In this document: positions 9,848 through 19,628 of the stretch, piece by piece
Layout: the number at the start of each line of letters is the position of its first letter
Numbering within the stretch: the stretch's first letter is position 1
Assembly (NCBI GenBank): GCA_020854835.1
Contig: JAHKLX010000022.1
Location: 55,242-119,241 of the forward strand
DNA length: 64,000 bases
Source: Candidatus Micrarchaeota archaeon
GTDB lineage: Archaea; Micrarchaeota; Micrarchaeia; Anstonellales; JAGGVH01
Direction: 5' to 3'
Notes under the pieces: generated by a model
Databases searched by the model: none
The model's input: the letters and a program-made list of their open reading frames with translations, nothing else
Told to the model about the DNA's origin: nothing
Translations under genes and position numbers: made by a program

Positions 9848-10366
9848 ATGGAAAGAATTTATACAATCCCTTTGTCTGAAGCTTATAAAACTATAAGGCA
9901 AAAGCGTGCTAGGAAAGCAGTTAAAATTATTAGATCGTTTGCAGCAAAACACATGCATGTTGAAGAAGAAAATGTTAGAATGAGTATGGGGGTAAATTCA
10001 AAGATTTGGGCAAGAAGTATACAAAAACCCCCCAGAAAAATCAAAGTTAAAATTATCAAAGAAAAAGAAGATGATACTGAAGTTGTTAAAGTCATGCTGC
10101 TTGATGAAACTTGGAAAGTTGTAAAAATCAATTATCCTGATGAAGAAGGCGAATCTAAAAAAGAAAAACCTAAATCTTCTGATGATAAGAAAGATAAATC
10201 TGCAAAAGAAGAATCAAAAAAAGACAGCAAAGCAAAAACTAAAGATAAAGACGAAACAAAGGAAGAAAAATCAAAGAAAGAAGACAAACCAAAAGAAAAG
10301 AAACCAGAAGTAAAAGAAAAAACCCAAAAGACTGAAGAGGTTAAAGAAGATGATAAAACCGCCTAA
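9848..10366 (+). CDS. rpl31e: 50S ribosomal protein L31e with a long K/E-rich C-terminal tail
   Basis: The N-terminal 85 aa (ERIYTIPLSEAY...KRARKAVKIIRSFAAKH...NSKIWARSIQKPPRKIKV) match eL31. They are followed by about 80 aa of low-complexity K/E/D sequence. Confidence 0.9.
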   Translation: MERIYTIPLSEAYKTIRQKRARKAVKIIRSFAAKHMHVEEENVRMSMGVNSKIWARSIQKPPRKIKVKIIKEKEDDTEVVKVMLLDETWKVVKINYPDEEGESKKEKPKSSDDKKDKSAKEESKKDSKAKTKDKDETKEEKSKKEDKPKEKKPEVKEKTQKTEEVKEDDKTA

Positions 10367-11033
10367 AGCTGATTTTTTTGGGAATCCTTTTCTTTCTTTA
10401 TACTTCAAAGCTAATGATAATTTTTGTTTAGGTCCATTGGCTATTGATGAAATGTTAATTAAAATTATAAATGAGAGATTGGAAGTTCCTTTAATCAAAG
10501 TTGACAGTGGAGGAAGTGATTTAACTGGTCTTTACACTGCATTAAACAACAAAGGTGTAGTATTCAGTGATATTTTTGGGGATGTTGGTTCTGAAACTAT
10601 GAAACAAGTATCAAAAGATTATAATGTTCATCTCCATAAGTCTTCCAATGTTCATAATGCAAATGGGAATAATATATGTGTAAATGACAGTGGAGGTATT
10701 ATTAATCCCGATATAACCTCTCCCGAAATAAAAAAAATAAGTGATGTTTTGGGAGTTGAAATTATACCTATGGAGATAGCAGGATACAAAACAGTGGGTT
10801 CTATGTGCATGGCAACCAATTCAGGATTTATTTGTCATAACGAAACTCCTCCTGAGGTTATAAAAGAACTTGAAACTATCTTCAAAGTCAAAGGTATTAA
10901 TGTAACTGTTAATTTCGGAGTTCCTTTTGCAGGAACAGCAGTAATAGCAAATTCAAATGGGTATTTAATAGGTTCAGAATCAACAGGTGTAGAAGTTCAA
11001 CGTGTAGAAGAAGCATTAGATCTTATGAGGTGA
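10350..11033 (+). CDS. eif6: Translation initiation factor 6 (aIF6)
   Basis: Pentein-repeat pattern (FGNPFLSLYF, TGLYTALNNKGVVF, NANGNNICVNDSGGII, VGSMCMATNSGFI, AVIANSNGYLIG). Canonical position after rpl31e. Confidence 0.9.
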   Translation: MIKPPKADFFGNPFLSLYFKANDNFCLGPLAIDEMLIKIINERLEVPLIKVDSGGSDLTGLYTALNNKGVVFSDIFGDVGSETMKQVSKDYNVHLHKSSNVHNANGNNICVNDSGGIINPDITSPEIKKISDVLGVEIIPMEIAGYKTVGSMCMATNSGFICHNETPPEVIKELETIFKVKGINVTVNFGVPFAGTAVIANSNGYLIGSESTGVEVQRVEEALDLMR

Positions 11034-11038
11034 AAATT

Positions 11039-11215
11039 ATGAAATATGAAGTTTCTGGAGATATTAAAATGGGAATTAAATCAAGAAAATTTAATTTTAA
11101 TGTTGAGGCAAATTCGGAAGGGCATGCAAAAACAAAAACATATGCACATTTCGGGGCCAAGAACAAACTTAAAAAGGGTAATGTTGTTGTTAAAAATATT
11201 AAAGAAGTTAAATAG
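11039..11215 (+). CDS. rplX: 50S ribosomal protein LX (L18Ae/L20A family)
   Basis: Small basic ORF in the conserved slot between eif6 and pfdA. ATG 11039 lies 5 nt after GAGGTGA (the track start at 11030 is the GTG inside the SD). Confidence 0.75.
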   Translation: MKYEVSGDIKMGIKSRKFNFNVEANSEGHAKTKTYAHFGAKNKLKKGNVVVKNIKEVK

Positions 11216-11226
11216 GTGGTGATATT

Positions 11227-11679
11227 ATGGAACCTTTTATTCAACAAGCCCTTGATAATGCTCAAAATGATGAGGAAAAACTTTCAGTTGTGACTTATTA
11301 CTATAATTTATATACTCAAAAAACAAAACATCTTCAAGATCAAATAAGAATGATTGAAGCCCAGATTGATGAACTTTCAACTGCTTTGGGTGCAGTAAAG
11401 GATATTGAGAAAAATCCAAGCATAAATTTCAATATTGGCGGAGGAATTTATGTTCCTGGAAAACCTGTTAAGGGTGATGTTTTCATCGATATCGGTTCGT
11501 ATTATGTTTCAAAAACCCAACCTGAAGAAGCGGTTAAAATTACATCGGAAAGGCTGGAATTCCAAATAGAAACTCTGAAAAATTTAACAGAGGAATTTAG
11601 TAAGGGTGTTGAAACTGTTTCCAAATTAAATTCAATTGGACAGTCTTTGCTCGCAAAAAATGTTGATGGCAAGGAATAA
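11227..11679 (+). CDS. pfdA: Prefoldin alpha subunit
   Basis: Coiled coil, two beta-hairpin segments (NFNIGGGIYVPG, VFIDIGSYYV), then coiled coil. Conserved synteny. Confidence 0.85.
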   Translation: MEPFIQQALDNAQNDEEKLSVVTYYYNLYTQKTKHLQDQIRMIEAQIDELSTALGAVKDIEKNPSINFNIGGGIYVPGKPVKGDVFIDIGSYYVSKTQPEEAVKITSERLEFQIETLKNLTEEFSKGVETVSKLNSIGQSLLAKNVDGKE

Positions 11680-11691
11680 CTGGTGTTTTGA

Positions 11692-13254
11692 ATGTTCGAT
11701 ATTTTAAAAAAGAAATTATCTAATTTCATTGGCAATATCGTTCAAAAAAAGGAAGAGGAAACAAAAGAACCTTTGGATAAAAAACCCGAACCCAAAAAAT
11801 TTAAAGAAAAACCCAAAGAAGAAGTTAAGGAAAAACCAGAATCTAAAAAACAAGAAACATCAGAATCAAAACCTAAGAAAGCTGAAGACAAACCAAAAGA
11901 AAAGAAACCAGAAGTAAAAGAAAAACCCAAAGAAGAAGTTAAGGAAAAACCAGAAAAAAAATCAAAAGAAAAAATTGCTTTGGAAAAATCAGAAACTACT
12001 TTTATAAAAGATGAAATAATTATTGAAGATTTAGATGAAATAAAAACTATTGGGGAAGAGGATGAAAAACCCCAACAAGAAGTTAAATCTGCAAAAATCA
12101 AAAAAGAAAAAAAAAGAGACAAACCAAAAGAAAAAGAAGAAAAAAAAGTAGAATCTAAACCGTTTAAAGAAATTGAAACAAAAGAGGAGAGTATTGAATC
12201 TGTTGAGGAACCAGAACCTAAACCAATACTTCCTATTTCTGATGATTATATAGAACCTGAAATTTCAGATTTAGATTATAAAGAAACTGATGTAATCAAG
12301 TACGATATATCTGAGAAACAAATTGAAGATAAACCTTCAAAATTTGTTGAAGAAAAGAAACCTGAGAAAAAAATAAAATTAGACCTTTTCAAAAAAGTTA
12401 CTTCTATACTGACTAAAAAGATTACAATATCCCAAAAAGATATTGAAGAGTATCTTGATATGTTGGAACTGGAGCTTTTAGAGGCAGATGTTGCTTACAT
12501 TGTTAGTCAGGAAATTATTTTAAAAATAAAAGAAAGTTTGGTGGGCGCTGAAATACCTAAAGATAAATTGCATGAAGAAGTCGCCCAAAGAATCAAACAA
12601 GCGTTGATCGATGTTATGGATATGGAAGGACCTGATGTTTTTGAAGAAGCCAAATCCCGAGAAAAACCAGTTAAAATACTTTTTATTGGCCCCAATGGGG
12701 CAGGAAAAACCACAACAATTGCAAAATTTACTTACCATTTTCAAAAACAAAACAATTCTGTTTTATTGTGTGCTGCAGATACTTTTAGGGCTGCAGCCAT
12801 CGAACAATTAGAGATTCATGGGTCGAGGTTAAATGTTCCTGTTATTAAATCAAAATATGGGGCTGACCCTGCTTCTGTGGGTTTTGATGCTGTCAACAAT
12901 GCCAAATCCAAAAAGATAGATGTTGTTTTAATTGATAGTGCAGGAAGACAAGACACAAACCATAATTTAATGGAAGAATTAAGGAAAATAAACAGAATTG
13001 TAAAACCTGATTTTGTTATATATATAGGTGAGGCAGTTGTTGGAAACGCGATTGTTGAACAAATAAATAATTTCAAAGAGATAATTCCTATCGATGGCGT
13101 TGTTTTGACCAAGTTAGATTGTGATGCTAAAGGAGGTTCTGCTTTATCAGTTGCATATGGTACTGGTACGCCCATCATATATATTGGAACGGGTCAGAAA
13201 TATGAAAATTTGGAGAGATTCGATGCCAAAACTATTGTTGGGAGAATGATCTGA
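11692..13254 (+). CDS. ftsY: Signal recognition particle receptor FtsY with a long K/E/P-rich N-terminal A-domain
   Basis: NG domain motifs GPNGAGKTTT, DTFRAAAIEQL, DSAGRQ and TKLDCDAKGG. Confidence 0.95.
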   Translation: MFDILKKKLSNFIGNIVQKKEEETKEPLDKKPEPKKFKEKPKEEVKEKPESKKQETSESKPKKAEDKPKEKKPEVKEKPKEEVKEKPEKKSKEKIALEKSETTFIKDEIIIEDLDEIKTIGEEDEKPQQEVKSAKIKKEKKRDKPKEKEEKKVESKPFKEIETKEESIESVEEPEPKPILPISDDYIEPEISDLDYKETDVIKYDISEKQIEDKPSKFVEEKKPEKKIKLDLFKKVTSILTKKITISQKDIEEYLDMLELELLEADVAYIVSQEIILKIKESLVGAEIPKDKLHEEVAQRIKQALIDVMDMEGPDVFEEAKSREKPVKILFIGPNGAGKTTTIAKFTYHFQKQNNSVLLCAADTFRAAAIEQLEIHGSRLNVPVIKSKYGADPASVGFDAVNNAKSKKIDVVLIDSAGRQDTNHNLMEELRKINRIVKPDFVIYIGEAVVGNAIVEQINNFKEIIPIDGVVLTKLDCDAKGGSALSVAYGTGTPIIYIGTGQKYENLERFDAKTIVGRMI

Positions 13255-13272
13255 TAAAACAATTGGGGGTAT

Positions 13273-13848
13273 GTGAAAATGATTGAAAAAGGTAAAATTT
13301 TTTGGGAAAGTGATGTAAACAAAAGCACGGTCAAGAATATTTTTCACATCTCAAAATTTTTTACACAGATTATAAATATATTACTGCTGTTTTTTTTTCT
13401 TTTATTTGGTTCTACAGTTTTTTTAATGGGTATTTTTATTTTGTTTAGAAACGTTTTAATTGGATTTTTCATTATTTTGTTTGGTTCTGCAATCCTATTT
13501 TTGTTTTGTTTAAATTTATTATCTATAATAGCATTTTTATCAGCAAATTCATATTTAAAATTATATGAGAATGGTATTGGTTTCAATCAAAATTGCAAAG
13601 ATATTTTTATAATTTGGGAGGATATAAAATCAGTTAAGTTGGGATTTGGTTTTTTTCCTTCCCCGCCTGCAGCATATGCTCGCCATTTGTCCGTTAAAAC
13701 TAAAGATGGGAAAAATTATAAATTACTTCTCAATTCTACAGGTTTAAAATGTTTACGACCTGCTTTATTTTATGGTTTATTCACATCCGACCATAACTTC
13801 AAAACAGCTTATAACAAAATAAAAAAAGCACCAAAATTAAACAATTAA
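13273..13848 (+). CDS. Hypothetical membrane protein
   Basis: Three strongly hydrophobic helices followed by a soluble tail. The true start may be ATG 13279. Confidence 0.45.
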   Translation: MKMIEKGKIFWESDVNKSTVKNIFHISKFFTQIINILLLFFFLLFGSTVFLMGIFILFRNVLIGFFIILFGSAILFLFCLNLLSIIAFLSANSYLKLYENGIGFNQNCKDIFIIWEDIKSVKLGFGFFPSPPAAYARHLSVKTKDGKNYKLLLNSTGLKCLRPALFYGLFTSDHNFKTAYNKIKKAPKLNN

Positions 13849-13859
13849 AAAAATAAAAA

Positions 13860-14051
13860 TTATTTTTCTTCCCATTTAATTGCTTGTACAGGACAGACAT
13901 CAATTGTTTGTTGTATCTCATTTTCAGATGCCCCTTTGCAGTCCACAACTTTAGATTTTCCATCATCATCCATGATATATACTTTTGGGCACATGGCTAC
14001 GCAAGATCCGCATCCGACACAAGCTTCTTTATTCACAATTGGACATTTCAT
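13860..14051 (-). CDS. Small single-cluster 4Fe-4S ferredoxin
   Basis: CVGCGSCVAMCP plus a distal CP motif in a 63-aa protein. GAGGTG SD upstream. Confidence 0.8.
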   Translation of the reverse strand: MKCPIVNKEACVGCGSCVAMCPKVYIMDDDGKSKVVDCKGASENEIQQTIDVCPVQAIKWEEK

Positions 14052-14142
14052 ATAAACACCTCATATGTTTTATATAAATATTAAAACTTTATAAAGCCTT
14101 CCAAAGGGGATAATATTTAAATATTTGTATTGAAAAATTTAT

Positions 14143-17100
14143 ATGTCACATACTTTTAGAATAGATGAAGAAACAAGAAAGGAAGGGGTAAGTCTTTCTT
14201 TGATAGTCCCCACCCGAGTTCAAGACAAATATTCTATCGGTGCACCCACAGATTATTATACTACTTATCTATCTTTTTCAAACGATCAATTAGTGAGCGA
14301 ACTAAGGTACATAAATGATCAATTAAACAACAAAGATTCAAATACACTAAACGATTGCAAACTAAGACTCAATGCAATATCTAGGGCATTGGAATTCAAG
14401 TCACATGATACGATTGAGTTAAAACTTGCAAGTGTAAAATTATTGGCAGCATCAAAAATGTTGTCTGAAGATTCCAAAATTGAATCTATTGAAAATGCTA
14501 GAACATATATAGAAGATGTTTCAACTAGAATTGACACATATCAACAAAACGAATATATGAAACACTTTTCTCAAAACATTAAGACTGTTCGCAATCAAAT
14601 ACGGGGAGAATTAGAAGGATTAAATTTCTCCCCTGAGTTAAAAGAAAAAGCAATTGCTTATTGGGAAAACCAATATGATGCAATTGTCAGCGATAAAAAT
14701 TTCAATACTATGAAAGAAAAAGCAAACAATTTCATACAGTTGACTGATTGTATAATCTCGATTGGATCTCTGGATGCCGAAGCAAGAGAGTATATTCTCC
14801 CTTATTTTGAGCAGGGATTGGAAGAACAAGATTATGGTTTGATATACAAATCTAGATTGATGGGAGAAATACATTTATTGGTTTACAACAATCCACTTTC
14901 TAATTTAACGGACGAGCAAAAACAAAAAATTCAAGAGATTTTAGGTTTATCTGTTTTTCCAGATCAGTATTTCATAAATCTTTTTGAAAATACTTCTCCA
15001 GGCCTTCTTCCAATATCAGAATTAGAAAATTTCTATGAGAATTTAGATTTTGAGACACGCGTCATTATAGCTGTGACTAATTCTTTAGATAACAATTATT
15101 CTGAATCTGCCGAACTATTTGTTCGAGCATACAATTCCAAAGATAGAGATTTATATATGCGCGGTTTACTTTCAACAGAATACGATACAACAATTGGGCA
15201 ATTTATTGAACTTTCTAGAGAACTTGGTTATACTGAATCTGAAATTCAAAGTGTATTGGATAAAGCATATGAATTAAAAAAGGAAATACCTGGCGCAGGC
15301 AATGAAAGATATAATGATTTGTTTTTTGAATTGGATGTTTTAAAATATTTAACACTTGTTATGGCATATCAAATAGAATTAAACCAAGTTAAACCAGATT
15401 TCAAAGTAATTATTGATAATTTAAAACAATTGGGTTCTGATGGCGAAAAGATAGCAGATAATTTAACTGATGTTTTTAACATTTACAATAATTCAATTCA
15501 AAATTCATATGATATGCTGCAAATAAATGGAACGGTTGATGAGCAACTTTATATGGCTAGACTTCAGCTTTATACCTCTATTGAAACAGCCCAAAATACG
15601 ATTGAAAATTTTAGGCAAATTCAAAGAGCGGAGCTCGAGGGTTTAATTTTATTGACCCATATAGAACAAGATGCAGGTATACATGATTTTTTTCCGCCTG
15701 TTTCTACAATACAATCAACATTGCCAGATAACTCTTTAGATTCGGTGGGGTTTTCAACTACACAAACTCGTACAACAACAAGGGATTATCTTAGCATGTT
15801 GGATCCTTTATCTTTCATCAGAGGTAAACAAAATGATCAAACAACTCCTCAAGATCAATTAGAGGAGTTTAAAAGAACAAGATTTCCTTATCCTTCTCCT
15901 GAGCAAGTAAAATCCTCACAACTTCCTGATGTTGTTAGGAATGATTTTGAAAATACTACATATTATTACAATTTATCCCAGAAACAAGATGAAAAAGATA
16001 AACAGGTAATTGAAGAATTCGAGAAAGCAACAACCCCTCTCGAACGCCAAAAAATTATTCTAACGCAGCGGATTGAAAGAATTTTTGAGAGAGATTTAAA
16101 ATTGAATAGGCCCATGAATGAAAACTCAGTTTTTCTTAGGCACATGTCTTTAGATATAGGGCCTTATATTGAAGAATGGAAAGATATGATTGATTCTGCA
16201 AAAAGTCTTGCTGATTTAGGGGACATATATTTTCAAATATCTAAACAAGCATCAATGCTTTCAGTTATGAAACCTATGCTTATCGAAGCAGGAGAAGGAC
16301 AGATTAACATATCTATACCTCGGACTAGTGTGTATGTGCAAGCAATACTAGATTCAAAAAACAGTGAAGAATTGCAGGACAATATTAACAAAGCAATGGC
16401 AGTTTTAAAATTAGCAGCAGAATTAAAATCTATTTCAACAGTTTTAAATCAAAACCGCCAAGAAGATGCGTCTTATGAAATAGAAAAAATGCTTAATGAT
16501 CTTTTGTTATATGGCAATGTAGGAGGTTCAGGCTCATTTATTGATCCAAGAAACGAATTGGTTTTAAGCGGGAAGTTAAGTGATATATCCATCGCTTTTC
16601 TTGTGATGGGAGATTCATTTTCTGATTCAGAAATAAATGACATCTTACATGCAGTACATTTGTCATTAAATGCAATGGGCGGTTCTTCAGAACAAAAAAC
16701 AAATGCAATTGAAGCTTTTAATGTCTGGAGTGAAAAAAGACAAGCAGCAGAATCTGCTTTTTATGCTTCAGATAATCCTTATGCAAATCGCTGGAGCCAG
16801 ATATTAGGCGGAAAATATTCTAGATTCATACCGTTCTGGAATCCTGAATTATACAGTTATCTCGCATCTGATAAAAATAATATATATTGGTCACCCCATC
16901 CAATATACGATAGGTTCAATGATGAATGGACAGAAAGTGCGTTTTCAGGTTTTATAAACGACCCAAAAACACAAGGTCTCATGGTGGCATCATCATTTTT
17001 AGGGGGAGCAGTTGCATATAAGGGGGTTCAAGTACTTTCATTGGCTTCTAGATTTTCACAAGGTTTTTATTTAGGCAGGGCAGCACTCTTAGGTTCAAAA

Positions 17101-19587
17101 TATGCTGTTGATTCATTTAGATATGAAAATCCTGCATATTTTTTTAATTGGAACACTCTTGTTTTGGCAGGTCAAACAATGCTTATGGCAACACCCATGT
17201 TAAGACCATCTGGAGGTTATTTAACTCGAGGAATTGAAAATGAACTCAGTCAAAGAACTGCTTTAAGATGGTTTTTGAATGTTGCTCCGGTTTCAACAGC
17301 ATCAACCAAAAGCGTTGCATCAAATTTACTTGCAGATGGACTGAGATTAACTGATATGGCTATGAGTGCATATTATCTATCAAGAACGGGTTATAGGGTT
17401 GTTGATTTCATATCTGGTGGAGAAACTACATTGGGTGATGTACTTTTAGATGTTGCATATGCTAGTTATGCAGGAATGAAAGTTACGGGCCGTATGCCCT
17501 ATATCAACGTTACTCCATATACTGGGGGCGATGCTGTTTTTAGGTTTAGAAATCCAGATACGGGAGGTTTTGGTTTTAAATTTGCGCCTCGAGCTATTAC
17601 ACTTGATTATGGTATCACTAATTCTAGATTTCATAGGAGACATGTGTATAATGTCCAAACAGATGTTTTCAGATCAAAAGAATCTGGAGTTGATGCAGTT
17701 CAAGGTTATAGTTCGGAAGCGTACAGTACAAATACTTTTCTTAGAAATTTTGTAGGGCTTAACGAAGATCAATTATATAAATTGTCTATTGTTTTTTCAG
17801 ATGGTGCATCAACCAAAAATCTGAATGACAGATTGATAAGGGAAGAACCTGATTTAGTTTTGGGGCGTATAGTTGAGTCATCAAACAATTTTGTATCTGG
17901 ATTAGAAGGGTATAACAAACCCCTAACGATGGTATCTGGAGAAGAAGTTTTTGGATTATATTTAATTTCTGATGTAAGCAGGGCAAGAGATATTGTAAAT
18001 AACGCTCCAACATACCGAACAAATCTCCTCAATGATCCTCTTTTACAAAGATCGAGTCAAACATTTAGTGTACGGGGGAAACATGGTCTTTTAGATATAC
18101 CCTATGAAAGGACAAGCATCGTTGTGTTTGATCCGAAAGCAGTAATTGAAGGCCGATCAAATCCAGCAGATTTGGCCAGTGTTGCTGACAGGATGCATAA
18201 TGTTGAAAAAAATATTTGGAAGCCAATAGGAGAGATGACACGGAGAGTCAATCTTCAGGGTCAAGAGATGTATGAATTTCAATTAAGAATATATGATAAT
18301 GCTAGGAACGGTGTAAACTTCAATAATTTAACTGATGATATTCGGAGCAGTATAAGTGAAACACAATACAATGCATTATCAAATGAGATTGTTATAATAC
18401 GAAACAACCTTATAAAAGCTGGTGCTTCAGATAATTTAGTAGACAGGTTCTTAACTGGCATTTCAGGAAGTATTCTATATGTTGAAAATTATGCTGTGGC
18501 CAGAGATTTTTTAGAAAGATATGAGCCAGTACCTCAATTCAGGGCAGACCAATTCATTAAAGTTGAACCGGTAATGAAGGATCTCAACAATTCTGCTGAA
18601 GCTTCTTCAAAAACAGGAAAAAGAACACTTGTTGTTAATGGTAAAACAGTTAGTTTAGACAGTGGTGGGCCCAATAAAGATTTTCAAAACACATTGAAAG
18701 ATGGCGATGTGGTTATGCTTCTTGATTTAGATATTGACCACAATTTCAAAATTGGTAAATCAAATGTTCAATTTGGGGGAACGCGTACTCTCAAAACAGC
18801 AAACAGCGCAACAGGATATACTGAAGCAAACAAAATTGTAATTACACATATCGCACACGCAGTATATAGTGAAGCATCTAAAATTGATCCTGATGTCCAG
18901 ATTTCATTCAACGGAACTAAAATACTTGTCAAATTCAGTTCTGCAGGATTGGGTGAAAGACCAGTTACGAGTTTTATATCTAATGTGGAGCAAAACATTG
19001 CCAACAATTTTGAGATAGATAGGGGACATATCATGTTGCACGGTTCATCTATTGTATGTACGGGGGATGCGGCCAATGATCTAACTTTATTGCACGAAGG
19101 GTTTAAAATTTCTCAAAACAATCGTGATTTCAGAGGCAATAATCGTAGTTTTTTAGTTATTGATAGAAACGCCCTAACATCCATATACACAAATTCTGAA
19201 ATCAGTAGGGTTTTATCTAATCAACTAACCAGTTTGGCTGACGAAGTAAGGAATTTTGGAGAAGGAGTTATCAGAAATGAGGATAGGGCAATGCTTGATA
19301 TACTTCTTGGTGCAGATGGGGCCAACCGATTCTTAGAGACTGTTCGTTCAAATAATAGTGTAATTAATTTATTATATGGGGAAATATACGACCGAAATGC
19401 AAATTCGCTAATAGATTGGGGCCAATTCAATCAAATTGTTCTTAATAATGGAGGAATGCCTAATTGGTATGAAAATCATGTGTATACTGCACAAAACAGA
19501 AACCTTCCTACTGATGTAAGAGCATTGATCGGAACTCCAAGTGAAATTAGTTCGGCTTTGGGTGCATTATTCCCTCAAACAAAGTAG
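14143..19587 (+). CDS. Giant orphan protein (1,814 aa) with a helical N-terminal half, a central hydrophobic block and a large C-terminal region
   Basis: Uninterrupted 5.4-kb ORF with ordinary codon composition. No signal peptide. Hydrophobic segments at about 16960-17500. TATA-like box about 25 nt upstream of the ATG, so probably leaderless. Confidence 0.7.
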   Translation: MSHTFRIDEETRKEGVSLSLIVPTRVQDKYSIGAPTDYYTTYLSFSNDQLVSELRYINDQLNNKDSNTLNDCKLRLNAISRALEFKSHDTIELKLASVKLLAASKMLSEDSKIESIENARTYIEDVSTRIDTYQQNEYMKHFSQNIKTVRNQIRGELEGLNFSPELKEKAIAYWENQYDAIVSDKNFNTMKEKANNFIQLTDCIISIGSLDAEAREYILPYFEQGLEEQDYGLIYKSRLMGEIHLLVYNNPLSNLTDEQKQKIQEILGLSVFPDQYFINLFENTSPGLLPISELENFYENLDFETRVIIAVTNSLDNNYSESAELFVRAYNSKDRDLYMRGLLSTEYDTTIGQFIELSRELGYTESEIQSVLDKAYELKKEIPGAGNERYNDLFFELDVLKYLTLVMAYQIELNQVKPDFKVIIDNLKQLGSDGEKIADNLTDVFNIYNNSIQNSYDMLQINGTVDEQLYMARLQLYTSIETAQNTIENFRQIQRAELEGLILLTHIEQDAGIHDFFPPVSTIQSTLPDNSLDSVGFSTTQTRTTTRDYLSMLDPLSFIRGKQNDQTTPQDQLEEFKRTRFPYPSPEQVKSSQLPDVVRNDFENTTYYYNLSQKQDEKDKQVIEEFEKATTPLERQKIILTQRIERIFERDLKLNRPMNENSVFLRHMSLDIGPYIEEWKDMIDSAKSLADLGDIYFQISKQASMLSVMKPMLIEAGEGQINISIPRTSVYVQAILDSKNSEELQDNINKAMAVLKLAAELKSISTVLNQNRQEDASYEIEKMLNDLLLYGNVGGSGSFIDPRNELVLSGKLSDISIAFLVMGDSFSDSEINDILHAVHLSLNAMGGSSEQKTNAIEAFNVWSEKRQAAESAFYASDNPYANRWSQILGGKYSRFIPFWNPELYSYLASDKNNIYWSPHPIYDRFNDEWTESAFSGFINDPKTQGLMVASSFLGGAVAYKGVQVLSLASRFSQGFYLGRAALLGSKYAVDSFRYENPAYFFNWNTLVLAGQTMLMATPMLRPSGGYLTRGIENELSQRTALRWFLNVAPVSTASTKSVASNLLADGLRLTDMAMSAYYLSRTGYRVVDFISGGETTLGDVLLDVAYASYAGMKVTGRMPYINVTPYTGGDAVFRFRNPDTGGFGFKFAPRAITLDYGITNSRFHRRHVYNVQTDVFRSKESGVDAVQGYSSEAYSTNTFLRNFVGLNEDQLYKLSIVFSDGASTKNLNDRLIREEPDLVLGRIVESSNNFVSGLEGYNKPLTMVSGEEVFGLYLISDVSRARDIVNNAPTYRTNLLNDPLLQRSSQTFSVRGKHGLLDIPYERTSIVVFDPKAVIEGRSNPADLASVADRMHNVEKNIWKPIGEMTRRVNLQGQEMYEFQLRIYDNARNGVNFNNLTDDIRSSISETQYNALSNEIVIIRNNLIKAGASDNLVDRFLTGISGSILYVENYAVARDFLERYEPVPQFRADQFIKVEPVMKDLNNSAEASSKTGKRTLVVNGKTVSLDSGGPNKDFQNTLKDGDVVMLLDLDIDHNFKIGKSNVQFGGTRTLKTANSATGYTEANKIVITHIAHAVYSEASKIDPDVQISFNGTKILVKFSSAGLGERPVTSFISNVEQNIANNFEIDRGHIMLHGSSIVCTGDAANDLTLLHEGFKISQNNRDFRGNNRSFLVIDRNALTSIYTNSEISRVLSNQLTSLADEVRNFGEGVIRNEDRAMLDILLGADGANRFLETVRSNNSVINLLYGEIYDRNANSLIDWGQFNQIVLNNGGMPNWYENHVYTAQNRNLPTDVRALIGTPSEISSALGALFPQTK

Positions 19588-19628
19588 ATAAGTATATAAA
19601 GATCAAAGGTCATAAATAATGGTATAAA

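Noticed and set aside
9470-9958. 162-aa minus-strand ORF across rpl39e and the start of rpl31e
   Set aside because: It lies opposite strongly supported ribosomal protein genes in conserved synteny, and its composition is antisense-like.
11729-13178. Several ORFs within ftsY on both strands (11729-11917, 11742-12122, 12507-12750, 12611-12811, 12816-13178)
   Set aside because: They are alternative-frame or antisense products of the K/E-rich region and of the well-supported NG domain. None has an SD or recognisable motifs.
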